Positions 18,558 through 27,812 of a stretch of 64,000 bases of DNA are shown piece after piece. Both the position numbers and the translations under genes were made by a program. Where the stretch lies: contig CAVPSJ010000020.1 of the NCBI GenBank assembly GCA_963708295.1, positions 64,001 through 128,000 of the forward strand, given 5' to 3'. Origin of the DNA: an uncultured delta proteobacterium (lineage in GTDB: Bacteria > Desulfobacterota > BSN033 > UBA1163). Numbering within the stretch: position 1 is the first letter of the stretch; each line of letters begins with the position of its first letter. The notes under the pieces were generated by a model, which saw nothing but the letters and a program-made list of their open reading frames with translations, did no database searches and was not told the DNA's origin.

Positions 18558-19658
18558 CTATCCCGGGAATTTTCTTTCCTTTAGAATCTCCCGGTGCAAT
18601 TCGTTAAAGTTCTTCGGGGGAATAGCATTCGACTTCCTGACCAGCTTCACCGCTGAGGCAGGGCAGGGCACGGCGCAGACTCCACAACCGATGCACCAGT
18701 CTTTATCAATCACGGGGAAATCCCCTTCCATCCTGATGACCTGAACAGGACAGATCTCCACGCAAGCTCCGCAACCCGTACATCGCTCCTTATCTGTTTC
18801 TCTGAGGAAGTAGGTCGCCATCAGGACATCCCTTGGAATTTTCTTTCTTCTGATCGTCCCGACGGACCAGCAACAGCAGCCGCAGCAGTTGCAGGTGTGT
18901 TTGACTCCTTCCCTGGCATTGTCCACGAGATGAACCAGGCCTGCTTGTTCAGATTTTCTAATGACCTCAAGGGCCTCTTTTTTCGTAATCTCTCTCCCGA
19001 TGTCCTTCTCGATCAGATATTCTGCAAGGTCATCGTATTTGATACAGTTCTCAAGAGAATGATCGCATCTCTTCTTTCCAATCAGATGGGCGGTTGCCCG
19101 GCACGGACAATGGACCAGCGCAATCATGTTAACCTTCTCGATGACCCGCTCCATCATCTCAAAAGGGAATACAGCGTGACTGTCCGGCTCAAAAGACGGA
19201 GTGGCAGGGATATAACGAAAAGGCTTTGTTTTGGCGTTCCCGTAGGCCTCTTTCAATTGCTCTTTCCCGGAATATTTGGCAACCAGCTCCGCCATCTTTT
19301 TTGCATTCGGAGTATTGACCCCTCTCCAGAAAAAGGTCTGGGGGAAGCCGTACCCAAACTGTTGGAGCGCATACCCCATACTCCCGTCCTTCATCTTTTT
19401 AGAGAACAGAAGTCCTCGTTGGGCTAAGTTTGATAGGATCGATTTCAGCTCTTCCATTGAAATGTTTTGAGGAGGGGCAATTTTTGCAACCGGGACAGGG
19501 TCAAGAGGGATAACTTTAGTGGGTATGGCTAAGGCCACTTCCGCTTCCAAAGGGGTGAAGTTTACTTTGAGGATCTCCAGAAGCTCTTCTTTCTCCGGAT
19601 ACCCCATGCCCAAAGAAGACAGGTGCCTCGCCAATCGCTTGTAAATTTCATCGGCCAT
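18558..19658 (-). CDS. 4Fe-4S dicluster protein with N-terminal HTH-like region
   Basis: HCPCR, CNCCGCCC, CTGCGACVEICP, CIGCGVCAVPCP. Confidence 0.85.
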   Translation of the reverse strand: MADEIYKRLARHLSSLGMGYPEKEELLEILKVNFTPLEAEVALAIPTKVIPLDPVPVAKIAPPQNISMEELKSILSNLAQRGLLFSKKMKDGSMGYALQQFGYGFPQTFFWRGVNTPNAKKMAELVAKYSGKEQLKEAYGNAKTKPFRYIPATPSFEPDSHAVFPFEMMERVIEKVNMIALVHCPCRATAHLIGKKRCDHSLENCIKYDDLAEYLIEKDIGREITKKEALEVIRKSEQAGLVHLVDNAREGVKHTCNCCGCCCWSVGTIRRKKIPRDVLMATYFLRETDKERCTGCGACVEICPVQVIRMEGDFPVIDKDWCIGCGVCAVPCPASAVKLVRKSNAIPPKNFNELHREILKERKFPG

Positions 19659-19668
19659 ACAGCCTCCG

Positions 19669-19872
19669 TAGAACCTGGGATGATGGAGTATTGGAGTACT
19701 GGAGTAATGGAAAAAGCAACCTCCAGATTCGAATAAGAAATAACATTGTTTTAGTCATTACTCCATCCATAGAACCTGGAGTATTGGAGTAATGGAGTGC
19801 CTGAGGAACTAAACAGAAAATAACATTGTTTTTATTCATTACCCCATCACTCCACCACTCCATTATTCCATT
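19669..19872. repeat. Short tandem GGAGTA(T/C/A)T repeats in a duplicated, partly inverted ~100-bp unit
   Basis: TAGAACCTGG...GGAGTATTGGAGTA...AAATAACATTGTTTTTA appears twice, followed by complementary CACTCCA/TTCCA runs. Confidence 0.7.
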
Positions 19873-19884
19873 TTTAACTTATCT

Positions 19885-22442
19885 TCATTCCATCCTCAAC
19901 GATTCCACCATGTTCATTCTGGCAGCCCGCCGGGACGGGATGAGCCCGGCACCGATCGACGTGACCATAACCACCAGCCAGGACTCGATCAAACTCCAGA
20001 TGGGAACGGAGAACTGGATGGTCCATCCAAAGGACTGTTTGTTAATGACATAAACGAGAAGGACGGAAAGGAGAAACCCGCAGACGAGGCCGAAAATATG
20101 GCTGAAAAAGCCAATCATCCCTGCTTCGATCAGCGTGGTTTTCTCGATCTGTCTGCGGAAGGCACCCACTGCCCGGATGATCCCGATATCCCGCTGCCTT
20201 TCGATGATCAGCGCATTCAAGGAGTTAATAATTCCAAGAATGGCCACGATCATAGCGATAAATTCCAGCGCATAGGTAATCGCAAAGGTCTGGTCAAAGA
20301 TCTTCAGAACCTCTTTCCGCAACTCCCGGTGGGAAACCACAAAGAGACGATAAGGTTTGGAGTATCTTTCCCGGATCATCTCCTTGAAGGCCTCCTGGGA
20401 GACCCCTTCTTGGAGATAGATTCCGGCGCTGTGAAGCGTCTCATCGTTCCACAGCGATTGAAAGATTTTTTTCTCCAGCAGGATCATTCCCCAATCTGAA
20501 GAATAATCGTAGAAGACTCCGGAGATCAGAAACTCTTTTTCCCCTTGGGGGGTGTTGACCTTTATCCGGTCTCCGGCCTTCACGTGATGCCTGAGTGAGA
20601 AACTCTCGGTGACGAGAATGGCCCGGCCGGCGGCAAACTGCCGGAGAATGGCCCGAGGATTCCCTTGTGTGAAGCGGATCACCTTCAAGTTGAGAAATAC
20701 CTCTCCATCGACAGATGCGATCAGGGCGGGCTGGCCTTGATATTCGACTTCCAATGCCCTGAAGGGATCAACAGCCTTCACTCCGGGAAGAGAAGGCAAG
20801 GCCCTGGAGACCTCCAGGGGGAGGAGGGCGGAGTACCCTGTGATGGAGTAGGAGCCCGGGAAGATGAACACGTCCCCGTTGATCGATTGTTCCACCCAGA
20901 GATCCACCGTCTTCCGGAAGCTCAGGATCATGATCGAGATGCTGATCAGCATCGAGAGGGCGGTCATCAATGCGGCAATCGTGATCACGGTCCTGGCCAT
21001 CGAATCATGGATATATCGACTCGCCAGTTTTCCTTCGGGACCAAAGAGGAAACGGAGAGCCGGAGCCATCAGACGGTTCAGGAGATGGGTGGCAGAAGGG
21101 ATCAGGAAGGAGACCCCTACGACAATGAGAAGTGCAGCCATGAAGCCCAAGATGGGCCGGTGAGCGATGGGTTTCTGGAGGGCAAAAATGAGCGAAAGGA
21201 TGAGAAGACCCATCCCGATGAGATTGAAACGCCCGGTACGAGTTTTTACTTTCTTTTCGAGGGTTCCCAGCGCCAGGGCCTCCGTGGGGGCGATCCCTGA
21301 GGCTTCCCTGGCGGGGCCGATCGAGGAGAGAACCGAAGCAAGCACTCCCATTCCAAAGCCTGCCATTAACACGGACGGAGAGATCAAGAGATGTTCTGCC
21401 TTGACCAGAATATAGAGAGCCGTAATCGTTCTTGAGACGAGATAAAGCATGGCCTTTGCCAACCCTATCCCGATTCCTATCCCGAACAGACTTCCCAAAC
21501 ATCCGATCCATGCCGCTTCACTGATGAAAAGACCGAGGACCTGGGGTCGGGTCAGACCGATGCTTCGAAGAATTCCAACCTCCCGCCTCCTCTGAATGAT
21601 CGAGATGGAGATGGCGTTATAGATCAAGAACATTCCCACAATGAGAGAGATAAAGCTGAGGGCAGTCAGGTTGAGGTGAAAAGCCGAAACCATTTTTTCG
21701 ATTTGACCGCTCCGGGTATCGGACCGGCGAATCTCGACTCCGGGAGGGATTACTTTTTTCAGGTCTCTCTCGATCGTGTCCGCCGCCATGGATTTGTCTA
21801 CCATCAGGTCAATCCGGTCGATGAGGCCGACCTTCTCCAGGGCTTCCTGAGCGGAGGCGATGTCGATGAGGCCGAAATTTCCTTCCAGCGATTTGGCAGG
21901 CCCCTCCATCTTTAGAAGATGGGTGATGGTAAAGGGTACCTTTTTTGATCCTACGATGAGATGGATTGGCCCTCCTTTTTCAACCCGTGCCGGCTGGCCA
22001 GTTTTTCGGTGATGGCAATGGAATTTGGCGTTTTCAAAAAGAGGAGGTCCGACGCATCCGTTTCGTAGAATTGATATTCCCTGAAGGGCCGATCACTAAA
22101 GACGTCAACGCCGAGGAGATAGAGGGGTTCTCCGATGGGCTCATCGATTTTGGAGACATATTGAATGACGGGTGTGGCGGCCTTGACTCCGCGAACGCTT
22201 TTTACCTTGAGGTAGACGTCTTCAGAAAAGCCCCTCCCAAAGGAGGTAACCTGGAAATTGGCTTTCCCCGAGACATGATCGACGGAGGCGTTGAAGGATT
22301 CGATGGCCGTGTAAATGGCCGTCTGGACACTGACGAAAACAGCCACTCCCAGGGCGATTCCTATTATGGACAGGAGGGTTCTGCCTTTATGGTGACGGAG
22401 ATGGCGGAGAGTGATATTCTTGAGGAGGTGAAAGAGGACCAT
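19885..22442 (-). CDS. FtsX-like ABC transporter permease (AttF/AttG-like); one frameshift near 21970
   Basis: N-half RTLLSIIGIALGVAVF; C-half QRRREVGILRSIG and ERQRDIGIIRAVGA; frames join upstream of 21909. Confidence 0.85.
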
Positions 22443-22448
22443 ATAGAA

Positions 22449-22620
22449 AAATCCGAAATACGAATATCTAAATCCGAAACAAATCCAAATTCTCAAATTT
22501 CCAATGTTCTAAACTTTTTTCAGCGATCTGTTTTAAGTTTTGAATCTTGGTCATTCGGTATTGTTTCTAATTGATCGCTAATGCGATGCTTCGCCCGGAT
22601 TTCGTGCTTCGATATTCATA
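22449..22620. repeat. AT-rich short-unit repeat (AAATCCG/AAATCC type) with inverted ends
   Basis: Similar tract at 48525-48642. Confidence 0.6.
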
Positions 22621-22629
22621 AAGTTGTGG

Positions 22630-23310
22630 TTACTCCGTCAGAAGTTTGCCGTCGCGCATTTGGATCACCCGATCGGCCGCGGACGCTCCTTCCAGGCTGT
22701 GAGTGACGAGGACAATCGTCTTTCCACGCTCGTCCCGCAATCGCGCCAGAATCTCCAAAACCTGCTTTCCCGAGGCCGAATCGAGATTCCCCGTGGGCTC
22801 ATCCGCGAGGATCATTTCGGGATCGTTGATTAAGGCCCGGCAGATGGCCACCCGTTGCATCTCTCCGCCGGAGAGTTCGTGGGGATGATGATAGCGTCTG
22901 TCCGAAAGGCCGATTTCTTCAAGGAGGCGTTCCATTTGAGCCGGCGGAGGGTTGGAGCCTTCCCGCAGCAGATAGGGGAGGGCGATGTTCTCTTCGAGGT
23001 TCAGAATGGGCAGGAGGTTGAAGAATTGGAAGATGATCCCTACGCGGTCCCGCCGAAACAGAGTCAGCTTCCGGTCGTCCATCCGGGAGATGTCCTCCCC
23101 TTGGATCATCACGGAGCCTTGGTCCGGGGAATCGAGCCCTCCAAGGATATTAATCAGGGTGGACTTCCCGCACCCGCTTTTGCCTGTAATGGCTATAAAT
23201 CCTCCTTTGGGGAGGTTTAAGTTGACATGGTCCAGGGCAATCACCGGGTTTTCCCCCGGGTGATAAATCTTTGTGACCTCCCTCAATTCGATGAAATGAT
23301 CTTCTGCCAT
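22630..23310 (-). CDS. ABC transporter ATP-binding protein (LolD/AttE-like)
   Basis: GKSGCGKST, LSGGEMQR, ILADEPTGNLD, VTH. Confidence 0.93.
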   Translation of the reverse strand: MAEDHFIELREVTKIYHPGENPVIALDHVNLNLPKGGFIAITGKSGCGKSTLINILGGLDSPDQGSVMIQGEDISRMDDRKLTLFRRDRVGIIFQFFNLLPILNLEENIALPYLLREGSNPPPAQMERLLEEIGLSDRRYHHPHELSGGEMQRVAICRALINDPEMILADEPTGNLDSASGKQVLEILARLRDERGKTIVLVTHSLEGASAADRVIQMRDGKLLTE

Positions 23311-23468
23311 GATCAAGAAGAACAGAGATTAAATTCTCTCCGACCCTTTCTATATATCGGGGGGAATAATAAATTGTCAACTCATCAGCGGGATTTCGCC
23401 CGCCGTCGATCGATAAAGATGGGACCCATAACTAATTCGCATTGACGACCGATCGAGGGAGGGGTGAG

Positions 23469-24380
23469 TCAATCTTCAAAGCAGGCTTTCGGCACGCTGG
23501 AGAGGTCTAATCCATCGTAGAATCTTTCAATTTCGATTGAAAGTTCCTTGATCTTTCTTAATAAGGGTTCGGGAATGAGAAGAGTTGCTTGAGCCACCTC
23601 CTCTTCATAGAGGTTGTGTCTGAGATATTCGGGTTCGCTCTTGCCGAACCATATCTCTGCCTCCCACGATTTTTGATTGAAAAATTCGGTCTTGAAATGC
23701 TTCTCACTCAGCCCGAACGGGCTCCCGGGGGAGATAAAGGTCAGTACTCCGTGATTGGACGCGGGCCTGGCAGCGAGATTGGCATACATGCACATAAATT
23801 CTCCTCCGAAGGCAACCGAGCGAACTGACAGACTCCGTCCGTTGATTTTGCTTTCGACATATTCTTGAAGAAGGTAAGGGTTCGATGCAAGATTCAATTT
23901 CCAAACAGAGGAAGGCTCGTTGACGATCTGCAAATCCCTTCCTCCTCTTCCTACCCGCCGCTTCAAAATCACCTTCTGCTTTCTTCCGATGAAACGGCCA
24001 ACCCCGGCCGTATCTTCCGGGTTAAAGATCATCGTCTCCGGCATGGGGGCAATGGCCTTAAGCAACTGGTATTGATTCCACTTGTCCTCCAACCTCAATC
24101 CAGGATGAAAGGTGTTCGGGAAGGGTCCCATACCGTCCATCCAGATCTTGAAAGGTTTTAGGCTGCTGATAAAGGGAAGGGAATGAAGGTAGTCTTTGAA
24201 GGTCTTTCCATAAACTTTTTGAGAAGTCGATTCGATTCGCTGGAAGATATCCGAGGGTTTCCCAAAATGGACCGCATGGGTAAGATGATATTCATGAGCC
24301 CCGCCGGGAAGGCCGACATTCACCTCCGCCAGGTAGAGCATCAACTCAGGAGTGATCAGAAAGTCAATTCCGAGATACAT
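23469..24380 (-). CDS. Circularly permuted ATP-grasp-fold protein
   Basis: GIDF...EVN..PGG at the N-terminus, then EDKW, MPET, LKRRVGRGG, LLQEYV, SNHG; start uncertain (24380 or 24389). Confidence 0.65.
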   Translation of the reverse strand: MYLGIDFLITPELMLYLAEVNVGLPGGAHEYHLTHAVHFGKPSDIFQRIESTSQKVYGKTFKDYLHSLPFISSLKPFKIWMDGMGPFPNTFHPGLRLEDKWNQYQLLKAIAPMPETMIFNPEDTAGVGRFIGRKQKVILKRRVGRGGRDLQIVNEPSSVWKLNLASNPYLLQEYVESKINGRSLSVRSVAFGGEFMCMYANLAARPASNHGVLTFISPGSPFGLSEKHFKTEFFNQKSWEAEIWFGKSEPEYLRHNLYEEEVAQATLLIPEPLLRKIKELSIEIERFYDGLDLSSVPKACFED

Positions 24381-24435
24381 GCCACACAAAAAAAACAGGT
24401 CATCGATTCACCCGACCTGTTCTCTTGAGTTAAGG

Positions 24436-24527
24436 TCATTGCGAGGAGTAAAACGACGAAGCAATCTCATCGCTTAGCGGGTGAGATTGCCGCGCTCTCC
24501 CGCTCAGGCGGGATCGCTCGCAATGAC
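24436..24527. repeat. GTCATTGCGAG...CTCGCAATGAC REP-like palindrome
   Basis: Perfect 11-bp outer arms with inner GCAATCTC/GAGATTGC stem. Confidence 0.8.
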
Positions 24528-24567
24528 AACCTGGACCCATTGGATGCATTTTTCCCATAGGGCAAGA

Positions 24568-24597
24568 GGGGCCCCCTCCCTTCCTGGGAAGGGGCCC
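24568..24597 (-). terminator. GC-rich hairpin immediately after the 20-aa ORF
   Basis: GGGCCCC...GGGGCCC stem ~10 nt past the stop; U-tract weak. Confidence 0.55.
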
Positions 24598-24607
24598 GAT
24601 GAATGAC

Positions 24608-24670
24608 TTAACAAGATGCTTTGCATTTGCAAAGGCCGGAGAACTTCTTGGCCACCTTCTTGATGGTCAT
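24608..24670 (-). CDS. Putative RiPP precursor peptide MTIKKVAKKFSGLCKCKASC (20 aa)
   Basis: Translated by hand; RBS GGAGGTG inside the last rSAM codons, ATG 1 nt after the rSAM TGA, TAA at 24610-24608, hairpin after. Confidence 0.75.
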   Translation of the reverse strand: MTIKKVAKKFSGLCKCKASC

Positions 24671-24671
24671 A

Positions 24672-25838
24672 TCATTCACCTCCCTTCAGAACCCCTCTCG
24701 CAAAACATTGAAAGAGATCGGGTTGCAAAAGATTGCTTTCAACTTTGGCCCTATAGCGGCACCCCCCTCTGCACTCTTCAATCACGTCGCATTTGCAGAC
24801 AAGGTCTTTTAATGAGATGCGAAGGATGCGGACCCAACAAGTTCGAAGTCCTTCTTCGATAGATCCCGTCGGTTCTTGACTAAAGAGACCACACTTACAG
24901 ACGGCTCCGTTCGCCATTATAGCACAAAGGTGAGCGCCGCAAGTAGAATTTCTTGTTGAACCGTGAAATCCGCCTCCAAACCCGTAAGCAAGAAAATGGC
25001 CGGCTTCAGAAGGAGACACGTGAAGGTCCTGGTTTTCTTTCAGTCTTCCCTCAACACAGGGAACATCCACATTCCATTCCTCAATTCGTTTTGATTGAAG
25101 AAGGGAGGCCAGCCGGTCGAACTCCGACAGATTTCGCCGGTGAATCATCGTCGCCACGGAAACCCGTATGTTGGCTTCTTGCAGATGGTTAACGGCGGTG
25201 ATGGCTTTTTCGAAGGTTCCTCTTCCTCGCAGCGAATCGTGACCTTCTTTCATACCATCGAGACTGATCTGGACCTCATGAACACGGAGCTTTTTGGCGA
25301 CTTCTCTGGAGATCAATGTGCCGTTGGAGAGGAGAACCGATCGAAATGGATAGTCTCGAAGAATCTCGTTTAATTGCCAAAAATGAGGGTGAAGCAAAGG
25401 CTCCCCTCCGGACAGAAGGAGTCTCAGCCCTTGGATCTCTTCAAATTGGTCCAATACTTTTTCGATCTGTTTCCTTGAGAGATCCTGATGAGAACCTTCC
25501 CCGATGTAACAGTGGCGGCACCGGAGGTTACACCGGTTGGTGATCTGGAGCTCAAGATACCGTAAGGAAGGAGCCGGGGAAGGATTCGAAACGATCTTTC
25601 TTTGGGAAGGGGCTTCCGAGAAGGCGATTAAGTTTTCGTCGAGGCAAAATCGGATGAATTCTTCATCTTCCTGCCGTACAGGAGGACTTTCACCCCGGCA
25701 GATGCGGAGAAGAAATTGATACCCATCCTCGTTCAGTTCATAAAGTTCGTCTTTTTCGATATCGTAGAGGTAGCGTTCTTCGAGATTTTTAAGAACAGCG
25801 TGAGGGGAAAGGGTGATGACCCTATTCTCGAAGGGCAT
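24672..25838 (-). CDS. Radical SAM/SPASM enzyme with N-terminal RRE(PqqD)-like extension
   Basis: CNLRCRHC, SGGEPLLHP, QISLDG; SPASM-like CGA..C..CKC and CKC-x5-C-x3-C-x17-C; ~85-aa N-terminal domain. Confidence 0.88.
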   Translation of the reverse strand: MPFENRVITLSPHAVLKNLEERYLYDIEKDELYELNEDGYQFLLRICRGESPPVRQEDEEFIRFCLDENLIAFSEAPSQRKIVSNPSPAPSLRYLELQITNRCNLRCRHCYIGEGSHQDLSRKQIEKVLDQFEEIQGLRLLLSGGEPLLHPHFWQLNEILRDYPFRSVLLSNGTLISREVAKKLRVHEVQISLDGMKEGHDSLRGRGTFEKAITAVNHLQEANIRVSVATMIHRRNLSEFDRLASLLQSKRIEEWNVDVPCVEGRLKENQDLHVSPSEAGHFLAYGFGGGFHGSTRNSTCGAHLCAIMANGAVCKCGLFSQEPTGSIEEGLRTCWVRILRISLKDLVCKCDVIEECRGGCRYRAKVESNLLQPDLFQCFARGVLKGGE

Positions 25839-25986
25839 CGGAGATCTCCTCGGAGGTGAGGATCTTCTTTTCTAAAAGCCGCTTGAGAATTTTGTAGGCG
25901 CCGCATTCCAGGTCCTTGTCGGACTCTTTATAAAAATCGCAATGCTTACAGATCAATTCGGTCAAAGACTCTTTATCTAATTTCAC
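25822..25986 (-). CDS. Small Cys-containing protein (CxxC-x11-C), overlaps the rSAM start
   Basis: GTG 25986 with AAGGA upstream (TTG 26004 is the alternative); ICKHCDFYKESDKDLECGAY; 17-nt overlap with the rSAM. Confidence 0.7.
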   Translation of the reverse strand: MKLDKESLTELICKHCDFYKESDKDLECGAYKILKRLLEKKILTSEEISDALRE

Positions 25987-26087
25987 GAGATTTCCTTTCG
26001 CCAAAATAGTAATCTAAAATGTGCGAGGATTCAACTTGTTTCAGTTTTCCTTCCCTTTGCTCCGAGGTTTGACCTTCAAAAAAAGAC

Positions 26088-26140
26088 TTGACAAGGTGTA
26101 TCTGATTTATTATATTGATCAGTAAAATCTGATTTATTTG
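26088..26140 (+). promoter_or_regulatory. Promoter and direct repeat upstream of hgcC-arsM
   Basis: TTGACA at 26088, TATATT-like -10; ATCTGATTTATT occurs twice (~26100, ~26127). Confidence 0.5.
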
Positions 26141-26182
26141 AACATTTAAAATTAATGGAAAATCATTCAGGAGGCGAGAAAA

Positions 26183-26461
26183 ATGGTCAAAAAACCTGAA
26201 AAAGGAGCCTGCGCCGAACCTGCCTGCGGGAAAGTGAGTTGTTGCAGGGTGGATGCACTGATCGGCGTCGACGAACGTGGGCAGATGGTCCTTCCCAAAG
26301 AAGTCAGGGATAAAGCCGGTATCCGCACAGGAGACAAGTTGGCGCTTGTGAGCTGGGAGAAGGACGGAAAAGTGTGCTGCTTGACTCTGATTAAGGCCGA
26401 TGAATTCGAAGGGATGGTGAAGGGGCTCCTGGGTCCGATGATGAAGGAAGTGATGGGATAG
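26183..26461 (+). CDS. hgcC: HgcAB-associated protein HgcC (AbrB/MazE-type, vicinal CC pairs)
   Basis: CCRVDALIGVDERGQMVLPKEVRDKAGI...KDGKVCCLTLIK. Confidence 0.75.
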   Translation: MVKKPEKGACAEPACGKVSCCRVDALIGVDERGQMVLPKEVRDKAGIRTGDKLALVSWEKDGKVCCLTLIKADEFEGMVKGLLGPMMKEVMG

Positions 26462-26491
26462 TGCTGCTAAATAATGCGGAGGTGGCCGAAC

Positions 26492-27328
26492 ATGGAAAAG
26501 GAAGAAATAAGAAAAGTCGTAAGAGAGGGCTACGGCAAAATCGCGAAACAAGACAGCTCGTGCTGTGCTCCTGAAAAATCCTGTTGCGGGAGCGCAACGT
26601 CAGCGCAGGATATTGGCAGAAAGATAGGATACAGCGAAGCAGAATTGAAAACCGTTCCCGAGGGAGCAAATTTGGGCCTTGGATGCGGCAACCCTATCGC
26701 TCTCGCATTATTAAAAGAAGGGGAAGTGGTTCTCGATCTGGGGTCAGGCGCGGGTTTTGACTGTTTTCTCGCTGCCAACCAGGTGGGTAAGACGGGGAGA
26801 GTCATCGGGGTGGACATGACGGCGGAGATGCTCGACCGGGCAAGAGAGAATGCCCGGAAAGGCAATTATGCCAATGTGGAATTCAGACTGGGAGAGATCG
26901 AGAACTTACCCGTGGCAGACCATCAGGTGGACGTCATTATCTCCAATTGCGTGATCAATCTTTCCCCGAACAAGAAAAGAGTTTTCCGGGAAGCCTTCCG
27001 TGTGCTCAGGCCGGGTGGAAAGTTAATGGTCTCTGACATTGTGCTTCTCAAAGAGCTACCCGCCGAGGTCAAAGATTCCGTGGCCGCCTGCATCGGCTGC
27101 GTGGCGGGAGCCGTGACCAAGAAGGAGTACCTGGAGGCGGTTCAGGCTGCAGGATTTGAGGAGACCAAGATTGTGGGCGAAGCGGCTTTTTCCACGGAGC
27201 TCCTGGTCAGTGATCCGGTAGCCAGAGAGATTGCTAAGAATCTGAACCTGTCCCCGGAAAGAGCCGAGGATCTGGCGAGCTCAGTCGTGAGTATCAAGGT
27301 CTCGGCAACCAAGCCGGCCGTGAGTTAG
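26492..27328 (+). CDS. arsM: Arsenite S-adenosylmethyltransferase
   Basis: SSCC, NLGLGCGNP, LDLGSGAGFD, ISNCVINL, GCVAGA; RBS GGAGGTG. Confidence 0.92.
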   Translation: MEKEEIRKVVREGYGKIAKQDSSCCAPEKSCCGSATSAQDIGRKIGYSEAELKTVPEGANLGLGCGNPIALALLKEGEVVLDLGSGAGFDCFLAANQVGKTGRVIGVDMTAEMLDRARENARKGNYANVEFRLGEIENLPVADHQVDVIISNCVINLSPNKKRVFREAFRVLRPGGKLMVSDIVLLKELPAEVKDSVAACIGCVAGAVTKKEYLEAVQAAGFEETKIVGEAAFSTELLVSDPVAREIAKNLNLSPERAEDLASSVVSIKVSATKPAVS

Positions 27329-27381
27329 GTCCGTAGCTTTCTTTTGCCTAACGCGCCCCGCCCTGCCTCTCCCCCCCCGAA

Positions 27382-27623
27382 GAGACTGTGTCGTAATCAT
27401 GAAGGAGGGTGGGCTCACGCGGGACAGGCGGTCAGGTTCCTCAGCTTTAGAATGCGGGTCGTTTACGGTTACAGGTCATCGGCCTTCTATGTGACGAAAT
27501 CTTTTCAAGGATTTGGAAGCGTGAAGCTGATCCATAAGAGGTTTCCGCTCTAAAGCTTCGTCACCCGATCGCCTATCCCGCGTGGCGGAAGAAATAGCCT
27601 CTTGTTCATTACGACACAGTCTC
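27382..27623. mobile_element. 242-bp MITE with perfect 16-bp TIRs
   Basis: GAGACTGTGTCGTAAT ... ATTACGACACAGTCTC, flanked by GAA on both sides. Confidence 0.8.
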
Positions 27624-27812
27624 GAAAGGGGGAAATCGCTGTCCTCCTTTTCTTGAAAGGGACGGGGTCGCTATCCTCGTCTTCCCGAAGAGGATGACGA
27701 TAGGGGACGGACTCTTTTGCACTTATGGACCGACTCATGATTTAGAAAAAGGTTGACGGTGCGCAGGGGTTAAATTTATAATTACTTATTACAAAGAATT
27801 TGGGGGGCTTCT

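Noticed and set aside
19669-19872. Periodic repeats as a CRISPR array
   Set aside because: Units are ~8-bp tandem repeats with no unique spacers and no cas genes.
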